From Leptonemataceae bacterium (GTDB lineage: Bacteria; Spirochaetota; Leptospiria; Leptospirales; Leptonemataceae), in NCBI GenBank assembly GCA_965227295.1, contig OZ245742.1, positions 256,001-320,000 on the forward strand: a stretch of 64,000 bases of DNA. Reading direction: 5' to 3'. Below the pieces are notes generated by a model. The model saw only the letters and a program-made list of their open reading frames with translations. It did no database searches and was not told the DNA's origin. Positions within the stretch are counted from its first letter, which is position 1; each line of letters begins with the position of its first letter. Both the position numbers and the translations under genes were made by a program. This document shows, one piece after another, positions 56,975-64,000 of this stretch.

Positions 56975-58486
56975 TTACCGCCGGCAAATGGCTACCTGAT
57001 TCACGCCGCTTTCCACGGTCTTGATCTCCGGCACGTTCGTGAATTTCGAACGATCGAACAGTTCCTGCAACTGCTCCGCATCACGATAGTTGATCTGCCA
57101 TTCGAGGATGTGATCAAGGAAGTACTTATCCGGCATGGTCGGATGATAATTCGTGATCATGACGTCCCGGCCTTCCTGAATGTGATCGAACATCCAGTCC
57201 AGCACGGAGACGGATTGTTCGTCCGAGAGGTAGTCGAAGAGACCGAAGGCGTAAATGAATTCCTGGGGCCGAATCGTAAACTTGCCGCGGCCCTCCGCCA
57301 TGGCGATGACGTTTTCCTGCATGAACGTGAGCCGATGCTGGCAACCGAGGTCTCCCGCCACATTCGAAGCGAAGGCCAGGGCCTCCTGGTCCACATCCAG
57401 GCAGTTCGTCTCGATGACCTTATCGCCGGCCTTCGCGTAGCGATAGACGTCGAAGAGTTCCTCGGAGCAACCGCTGGCCAGGTTCGTCACGTAAAACACG
57501 CCGGTATCGTCGAGGGCTTCCTGTAAGATGATCTTCGCCAGCAACTCGCGGATTTCCCGACGCGCGCGGCAAAACGGGCGCTTGAGAAACCAGGCGTCGA
57601 TGAACGGACCCAGACGGCCGTCGCCCTCCGGCTCGTTGCGATAGATCATCTCGGACGTTTTGTAGTCGTCGGCGAAACCCCGCGGCTTCATGTAGCAGTG
57701 CGCGATGGTCTGCGAAAGCATGAACAGATTGAACGTCTCGCGAAAGATGTACGCCCCCACGCCGACGTCCAGGTGACCGGTATCGCGGAAGGACATGAGG
57801 TCGTCGTAACCGATCTCCACCAGGGCCTCCGGTTGCGTGTACTGGTCGAGCAGTTCGATGATGGTTTCGCAATGCTCGTTAACTTTCGTCTGCACTTCCT
57901 CGTTCCTGATGGAGCGCTGGCGCAGGCCGGAGTTGAGATCGCGCATGCCGGCCTGGAAGGTTTCGATGGCGTCTTCCAGTTGTTCGGGAATTTGCTGATC
58001 GGTAATGTAACCGAGACGCGTGCGGTGAAAACGACTGACCTGGGCAATCTCGTTTAAGTTCAGATCGCCTAAGTTCATGGCGATGTCCCGCAAACGGTGG
58101 GACAGAGTAACGGCGAGTGAATTGTAAAAACGCGCGGAAAAACCCGGCTCCGATGCGAGCAGCGAAGTAAGGTACGGGCCGTCGATGGCATCCACCTCCA
58201 CGTCTTCCTCGGCAATAACCGAGGCACTGGCGTCGGCCTGTTCGAGAAAGGACATCTCTCCGAAGAGTTCCCCGGGACCGAGGCGAGCGTAAGTGAGCAA
58301 CTGGCCGTCGTGATTGCGATCCACACGCACATAACCGGAACGGAGAATGTAGAGAATCTTTTGCTGCGAACCTTCTTCGATGAGGACGTCGTCCTTGCGG
58401 AAGGATTGCCGGCGCGCCTTGTTCAGGAGCTGCTGCCAGTCGGAGTCCGAGAGAAGATGAAAGGTGCCGTCTTTGATTTCTTCCAT
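56975..58486 (-). CDS. cNMP-binding domain fused to a class I SAM methyltransferase (PhcB-like)
   Basis: N-terminal LGPGELFGEMSFL...ASASV; KPRGFADDY..SEMIY, NLASG, LDVD, YAFGLFDYL. Confidence 0.8.
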   Translation of the reverse strand: MEEIKDGTFHLLSDSDWQQLLNKARRQSFRKDDVLIEEGSQQKILYILRSGYVRVDRNHDGQLLTYARLGPGELFGEMSFLEQADASASVIAEEDVEVDAIDGPYLTSLLASEPGFSARFYNSLAVTLSHRLRDIAMNLGDLNLNEIAQVSRFHRTRLGYITDQQIPEQLEDAIETFQAGMRDLNSGLRQRSIRNEEVQTKVNEHCETIIELLDQYTQPEALVEIGYDDLMSFRDTGHLDVGVGAYIFRETFNLFMLSQTIAHCYMKPRGFADDYKTSEMIYRNEPEGDGRLGPFIDAWFLKRPFCRARREIRELLAKIILQEALDDTGVFYVTNLASGCSEELFDVYRYAKAGDKVIETNCLDVDQEALAFASNVAGDLGCQHRLTFMQENVIAMAEGRGKFTIRPQEFIYAFGLFDYLSDEQSVSVLDWMFDHIQEGRDVMITNYHPTMPDKYFLDHILEWQINYRDAEQLQELFDRSKFTNVPEIKTVESGVNQVAICRR

Positions 58487-58541
58487 TGTAGCGTGGTACC
58501 GTCAGCCTGAGTACATTTGAACGTTAAGTGAATCTTGCCGC

Positions 58542-59762
58542 TTATTTGCGCGCCCCTGCCGGCGGCGCCTCGTCTTTCGCTTTTTTGTCTTTCGGACCCA
58601 GGTTCTGCGGCAGGCCGAACTGAGCGGGGCGCCCGGCGAGACCTTTGTCGATGGCGTACTGCCACATGCGCATGCCCGCGTTCTGCGCGAAACGGCGACC
58701 CCCGGGCACTGTTTTACGCAGGACTTCGGTAAAAGCAACGATGATTTTCAGTACGGGCAGGAAGAATCGCCACCAGGTACGCGGATACTGCAACTCGGCG
58801 GCGTTGTCTTTGCCGATGAAATCAAACGAGATTCCGTACAGCGCCCGGGAAACCCAGCGAGTATTCTCCATGCCGATCACATTGTGAGCGGCTTCTTCAC
58901 CGGCGCCCATGAGCGCCTGCACGAGCGTGATGCTGTCGTCGTCCGCAACGTAGCGAGACTCCATGATCAAATTCAACAGACGCCAGCCCTCGACCTCGGT
59001 GGACGCCAGGATCTCCGGTTCAATGCCGCCCAAATAACCGTTGTACTTCCAGAAATGCATGACCGCCTCGCTCTCGCGATCCGTAAACGTCATTCCGGAG
59101 CGACGTAGCGCCTGGAGGACGACGATCGAGAACAGCAGGTTGGTTCCGAGGAAGTCGACCTGGTTGATGGGCGTCCCCCACTCTTCGGACTTCCAGCGAC
59201 CGGAGCGCAGGAGCAATCGCCGGACCTGGGCGTGCATGAGGCGGACACGGGCGGTAATCATGAATCCCGGAGAGTTACGCTCCATACCGCCCGGTTTACA
59301 GACTTCCAGGACAAACCGCGACGTCTCCATGAGCCGACGATAAGCCCGTTGCACGAGCTTCCCGGAAAACACCAGGGGTTTGTTCCCGGCGGGAGCCAGG
59401 TAGCCGTACGGCAGCGAGTAACACAGAAGGGCCATGGAACCCAGGAAGCCGGCCCGCATGAACGTGGCCCCGCCGAGATCGACCATGTCCGGGTCCACCC
59501 ACAGCGGCCGGTGATCCAGCTGATACATGAAGTCGAGCAGGGACTGCGGCGGATTCTGAACGGTGTCGATGCCCTCCCGCAGGGCCTGGTCCAGCATCTT
59601 CGCGCCGCGCCCGGGGGGCAGTTGCGCGAAGGAATCCACGACCGCATCGGCCAGCCGGTCCCCGCGAAAGAAGTACGGCGCCAGCCGATCCACCAGATCC
59701 CCGTAGCGCTCCCGCATTGCGTCAAGGTGCGCATATCGCCCTGGAAATTCCGACCCGGCCAT
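58542..59762 (-). CDS. MpaB/Lcp-like heme oxygenase (DUF2236)
   Basis: RRLMETSRF, RVRLMHAQVR, WGTPINQ.D, HFWKYNGYLGG. Confidence 0.85.
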   Translation of the reverse strand: MAGSEFPGRYAHLDAMRERYGDLVDRLAPYFFRGDRLADAVVDSFAQLPPGRGAKMLDQALREGIDTVQNPPQSLLDFMYQLDHRPLWVDPDMVDLGGATFMRAGFLGSMALLCYSLPYGYLAPAGNKPLVFSGKLVQRAYRRLMETSRFVLEVCKPGGMERNSPGFMITARVRLMHAQVRRLLLRSGRWKSEEWGTPINQVDFLGTNLLFSIVVLQALRRSGMTFTDRESEAVMHFWKYNGYLGGIEPEILASTEVEGWRLLNLIMESRYVADDDSITLVQALMGAGEEAAHNVIGMENTRWVSRALYGISFDFIGKDNAAELQYPRTWWRFFLPVLKIIVAFTEVLRKTVPGGRRFAQNAGMRMWQYAIDKGLAGRPAQFGLPQNLGPKDKKAKDEAPPAGARK

Positions 59763-59872
59763 GTCCTATTATATAACGGCCCCCGGAGTAAGCAATCTTG
59801 ACTGATACTTGTACGAAACTAGTGAAATCAGGGCGTCCACGGAGAAGAAGGCGAACTCTAATGTAAGATCTA

Positions 59873-60135
59873 TTTGGGCGTCTGCCCCGCCGCGCCGCGG
59901 ATGCGGCGGGGCACCGCGCTTTGCGCGACTCCGCTTCGCTGCGGTCTCGGCCTGCGGCCGAGACTGGCCTTCGGCCATCGCTCCAATCGCTGACGCGAAG
60001 AGCCGCGAGTCTCAAGCGCCAGGCATGCGGAGGGTGCCGCGCAGCGGCAGACTCGCGCCCCAGGCGCGAGGCCGAGGACGAAGTCCGAGCCCGGAGCACG
60101 CCGACCCGAGCGCAGCGAGGGGGGCGCCCAAAAAA
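59873..60135. repeat. REP-like element family 1 (extended, with inverted end)
   Basis: tttgggcg...ctccgcttcgctgcggtctcggcctgcggccgagactggccttcggcca...atcgctgacgcg ... cgcccaaaaaa. Confidence 0.75.
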
Positions 60136-60178
60136 GAAGTTTCTGAGTTACTCCCCTGTGATTCGGGGGGCTGCGATA

Positions 60179-60799
60179 TCAGGTCCTCGGAAACCAGGTG
60201 ACCTTGAATTCCTCGGCCTCGCGGCCGGATTCGCCGGAAGCGGTGCCGTGGGAAGTACGCTCGACCTGGGGAAAACGCACGCCGGTCTGCGAAACCAGGC
60301 CGTGAAAGATGCCGAGTTGCAATACCGGATGCACTCGAAGATTGCAGCGGATCACGGCCTCGCGCGCGCCGGACTCCTGGAGGACCCAGCCGCGGTTGTC
60401 CGGATCCCGGAACAGGGCCTTCGTTTCGTGGACCCAGGCCCGCAACGCGTCCACCGGCCCGGCGTCCGAGGACAGTCGTCCGTGAGCCGAGAGTTCGTTG
60501 AAGATGCGTTTCCCCGTGCGTTCGCCGCTGGCCTTCAGGCTCGCGGGGCCGATGTTCTTTTCCAGCCAGGCGCACATACGTCCGTAAAGTTCCAGCGAGA
60601 CCCAGGCGTCAGGATTGCCGAGGTCGCAGGGCTCGGCCAGATCGAAGAGCTCCCGCAGCGGACCGTCTTTCAAGAGCGTATAGTTCCGCAAGAGGTCCGG
60701 CACGAAGGCCGAGCGCAGCACGGACTTACGAAGCGGCAGCTCGCTCTGTTTTTCGCCAGGGTCATTCATTTTTTGATGTGGATTCTCGGTCTGGATCAT
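60179..60799 (-). CDS. Hypothetical protein (V4R/HNOB-like small sensor?)
   Basis: 206-aa ORF; PDAWV..GERTG pattern; family uncertain. Confidence 0.6.
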   Translation of the reverse strand: MIQTENPHQKMNDPGEKQSELPLRKSVLRSAFVPDLLRNYTLLKDGPLRELFDLAEPCDLGNPDAWVSLELYGRMCAWLEKNIGPASLKASGERTGKRIFNELSAHGRLSSDAGPVDALRAWVHETKALFRDPDNRGWVLQESGAREAVIRCNLRVHPVLQLGIFHGLVSQTGVRFPQVERTSHGTASGESGREAEEFKVTWFPRT

Positions 60800-61017
60800 G
60801 ACGGCACGCCTGTGTTAAAAATGTAAATACCATGAAACTTTCCCAACGTTAGCGAAAGTTTACAGTCAGATCCGACCACGATACCGTCTCCGGTCCAGTG
60901 ATTCCCGATGCGCAGATAAAAAAAAGCCCAAACTCGCCCTGTAAATTGCAAAAAACGAACGGCTTTCCGTAACAGCGTGCAGCCGGGACAACACGCGACA
61001 ATCCGGCGCGCCTCGTT

Positions 61018-62955
61018 TCAGTTCACGGACAACTGCGGCGCAATCTCTTCGAGCTTCTCGCGCATCTCATCGGCCTCGCGCTGGCGATTCCACATGGCGG
61101 CATATTCGCCGCCCGCGGCGATCAGCTCCGCATGATTGCCCCGCTCCACCACCCGGCCCTCGCCGAGCACCAGAATTTCATCTGCATGTACAATTGTTGA
61201 CAGGCGATGCGCAATGACCAGAGTCGTGCGATCCCGGGAGACCTCGCGTAGCGACGCCTGAATTTCTTTTTCCGTATGCGAGTCCAGGGCCGAGGTGGCC
61301 TCGTCGAACAGTAAGATGCGCGGATCTTTCAAAATAGTCCGCGCGATGGCAATGCGTTGTTTTTCGCCGCCGCTCACCTTCATGCCGCGTTCGCCGACGA
61401 CGGTGTCGTAGCCGTCCGGCAACGAGGCAATGAACTCATCGATCTTCGCCAGGCGGGCCGCGGCCTCAATCTCCGCCTGCGTCGCGCCCACCCGACCGTA
61501 GGCGATGTTGTAACCGATGGTATCGTTGAACAACACCGTATCCTGCGGAACCACGCCGATCGCCGCGCGCACGGAGGACTGCCGCACGTTGCGTACGTCG
61601 TCGCCGTCGATCAGGATGGCCCCGGAGTCCACGTCGTAGAACCGAAAGAGCAAGCGCGAGATCGTGGACTTGCCGGCGCCGCTTGGGCCCACCAGAGCGA
61701 CGGTCCGGCCCGGCTCCACCGCGAAGCTGACGTCCTTCAGGATGCGCCGATCCGCGCGGTACGAAAAGTTTACGTTGCGAAACTCCACCCGTCCGGAACC
61801 TTCCCGCAACGCCGGCGCCTCCGGATCGTCGTTCACGTCCGTGTGTACGTCCAGGAGTTCGAACATCTTGTCCATGTCCGTGAGCGATTGTTTCATTTCA
61901 CGATACACGAAACCCAGGAAGTTCAGCGGCAGGTACAGCTGAATCAAATACGTATTGATTAATACAAAATCGCCGACAGTTAAGCGGCCGCTCACAACCC
62001 CGCCGGCCGCCATGAGCATGACGATCACGAGGCCGATCCCGATGATCAGTCCCTGGCCGACGTTCAGAAAGGCCAGGCTGCCCTGGGACTGCACCGTGGC
62101 CGCCTCGTAGGATGCGAGGGCTTTGTCGTAGCGTTTGTGTTCGTGCTCCTCGGCGCCGAAGTACTTCACGGTCTCGTAGTTCAAGAGCGAGTCCACGGCC
62201 TTGGTGTTGGCCTCGGTATCGCTTTGGTTCATTTTGCGGCGAAACTTCAACCGCCACTCGGTAATAATCAACGTAAAGACGATGTAACCAACGATCGTGG
62301 TGAACGTTACGCCGGCGAAGGCGAAGTCGTAGAAATAAAGCAACACCGCCGTAACGAGCAGAATCTCGAGCAGGGTCGGCAGAATGTTAAAGAGCATGAA
62401 CATCAGCACGAAGCTGATGCCGCGCGTGCCGCGTTCGATGACGCGCGAGAGCCCGCCCGTTTGCCGATCCAGGTGAAAGGCCAACGAGAGGGCGTGCAGA
62501 TGTTGAAAGGTCTTTAACGCCACCGTACGCTGGGCGTGCTGGCCCACGTGCACGAAGATGAAGTCCCGCAGTTCATTGAAGATCTGCACCAGCACCCGGG
62601 CCCCGCCGTAGGCGATGAGGATGGCCACCGGAACGACGGCCACCCCGGCGGGCAACAGCGCGGTGATCAGCGCGTCACCTTCGATCGGCGGAGACTCCGG
62701 GCCGCCCTTCGCCGCCGACGACGCGGCACCGAGCAAATCCACGGCGGCCTTGTAGACGAACGGGGCGTAGACGTTCGCAAGCTTCGCGCAGGCGAGGAAG
62801 AACATGGCGAAAATTACCCGCACACGCAGATCCGTCCGACTCGCCGGCCAGAGATAACGTGCCAGGGTGCCGAGCGTTCGAAAATGATTCGTGTTACGCG
62901 CGTCCTGCTGGGCCTGGAACGGAGAGCGAGCGGGCGATGCAGAGGACGGAGCCAT
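61018..62955 (-). CDS. Atm1/HMT1-type ABC exporter
   Basis: FHLDRQTG, DSLLNYETVKYF, GPSGAGKST, FRFYDV, VSGGEKQR, DEATSALD. Confidence 0.93.
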   Translation of the reverse strand: MAPSSASPARSPFQAQQDARNTNHFRTLGTLARYLWPASRTDLRVRVIFAMFFLACAKLANVYAPFVYKAAVDLLGAASSAAKGGPESPPIEGDALITALLPAGVAVVPVAILIAYGGARVLVQIFNELRDFIFVHVGQHAQRTVALKTFQHLHALSLAFHLDRQTGGLSRVIERGTRGISFVLMFMLFNILPTLLEILLVTAVLLYFYDFAFAGVTFTTIVGYIVFTLIITEWRLKFRRKMNQSDTEANTKAVDSLLNYETVKYFGAEEHEHKRYDKALASYEAATVQSQGSLAFLNVGQGLIIGIGLVIVMLMAAGGVVSGRLTVGDFVLINTYLIQLYLPLNFLGFVYREMKQSLTDMDKMFELLDVHTDVNDDPEAPALREGSGRVEFRNVNFSYRADRRILKDVSFAVEPGRTVALVGPSGAGKSTISRLLFRFYDVDSGAILIDGDDVRNVRQSSVRAAIGVVPQDTVLFNDTIGYNIAYGRVGATQAEIEAAARLAKIDEFIASLPDGYDTVVGERGMKVSGGEKQRIAIARTILKDPRILLFDEATSALDSHTEKEIQASLREVSRDRTTLVIAHRLSTIVHADEILVLGEGRVVERGNHAELIAAGGEYAAMWNRQREADEMREKLEEIAPQLSVN

Positions 62956-63125
62956 TACCACAGTAAGGTCATGATTCGCCGCGTGTGGAACCAGCGTTTT
63001 TTGTCAAGAAGCACGGGGCGAACGGAACGCCCGCGAACGCCCCCGTGCGGGCCTTTTGCGTTGACACCTGCCGTATCCGGGTTCTTTTTAAGAGAATCGC
63101 GGCCGTGCGCCGTCACGAGGGAACC

Positions 63126-64000
63126 ATGATCACCGAAGCCAAACACGACACCAACGAAATCGCATCGCTGGAGCTCGAACGCATCGATCGAATTTTTGAC
63201 GCACAGATTCAAAATCGATTCCACATCGCGAATACCACGGCAAAAGAGCGCATCAACAAACTCAAACGGATGCTGCGTTGGGTGGAATCCAACAAACAGA
63301 AAATCCGCGACGCCCTCACGGCGGACTTCAAGAAACCGGAGCCGGAGACGGACCTCACGGAATCTTTCTACGTCACCACCGAACTCAAGCACACCATCGC
63401 TCACCTGCGCGGCTGGATGAAACCGCAACCGGTTTCGCCGACGATGGCCTATCTCACGGCCCGCGCCGAGGTGCGCTACGAACCCAAGGGCGTGTGCCTC
63501 ATCATCGCCCCCTGGAACTTCCCGTTCAACCTGACCATCGGCCCGCTGGTGGCCGCGGTGGCCGCGGGCAACACGGTCATGCTCAAACCGTCCGAGTACA
63601 CGCCGAACACCACGCGGCTCATCAAAGGCATGATCGCCGATCTCTTTCCGGAAAACGAGGTCGCCGTCTTTGAGGGCGCCGTAGAAGTTTCTCAGGCATT
63701 GTTAAAGAAACCGTTTCATCACATCTTCTTCACCGGCTCGCCCGAGGTCGGCAAGATCGTCATGAAGGCTGCGGCCGAACACCTGGCCACCGTCACCCTC
63801 GAACTGGGCGGCAAGTCACCGGCCATCGTGGACGAAAGCGCGAACCTGGACGACGCCGCGGCGAAGATCGCCTGGGGTAAGTGGACGAACAACGGCCAGA
63901 CCTGCATCGCCCCGGACTATCTCATGGTCCACGAGAAGAAGTACGACGCTTTCATGGAGAAACTGAAAGCGAACGTGGAGAAGTCCTACGGCAAGAGCGA
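63126..64000 (+). CDS. Aldehyde dehydrogenase (class 3-like), partial
   Basis: Read manually from ATG 63126: EPKGVCLIIAPWNFP, KPSE, FTGS, LELGGKSP, GQTCIAPDY; runs off window. Confidence 0.92.
   Translation, partial: MITEAKHDTNEIASLELERIDRIFDAQIQNRFHIANTTAKERINKLKRMLRWVESNKQKIRDALTADFKKPEPETDLTESFYVTTELKHTIAHLRGWMKPQPVSPTMAYLTARAEVRYEPKGVCLIIAPWNFPFNLTIGPLVAAVAAGNTVMLKPSEYTPNTTRLIKGMIADLFPENEVAVFEGAVEVSQALLKKPFHHIFFTGSPEVGKIVMKAAAEHLATVTLELGGKSPAIVDESANLDDAAAKIAWGKWTNNGQTCIAPDYLMVHEKKYDAFMEKLKANVEKSYGKS

Overview
GC-rich bacterial window (gene content and repeat style suggest a Leptospiraceae-like spirochaete; inference only) with about 45 CDSs. Ordinary parts: larB/C/E nickel-pincer cofactor genes, ABC-F, HIT, M23 peptidase, a divergent citrate-synthase pair, an AraC-flanked lipid/aldehyde oxidation cluster, AsnB, carbon-nitrogen hydrolase, Omp85, GH42, GPH transporter, GMC oxidoreductase, Atm1-like ABC transporter and ALDH. 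The central accessory island (20.3-32.3 kb) holds a complete Wadjet (jetABCD) system converging on the most unusual locus. This minus-strand cluster encodes a 599-aa helical+vWA (possibly divergent Ro60/TROVE-like) protein, two tandem ~160-nt Y-RNA-like non-coding elements, an unknown protein, and a minimal ubiquitin-like module (JAB peptidase, Gly-terminated small protein, stand-alone E1/ThiF) with no obvious E2. The two RNAs share a conserved helix motif and carry tRNA-like domains; one is a near-complete tRNA-Arg(UCU) mimic. A second notable signal is a non-coding ~390-430-bp unit found in tandem at 41.8-42.6 kb and in permuted form at 7.0-7.4 kb, with a shared leader and a compensatory base-pair change, suggesting an undescribed large structured RNA/ssDNA repeat family. 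All calls come from reading the sequence; no database searches or folding programs were run.
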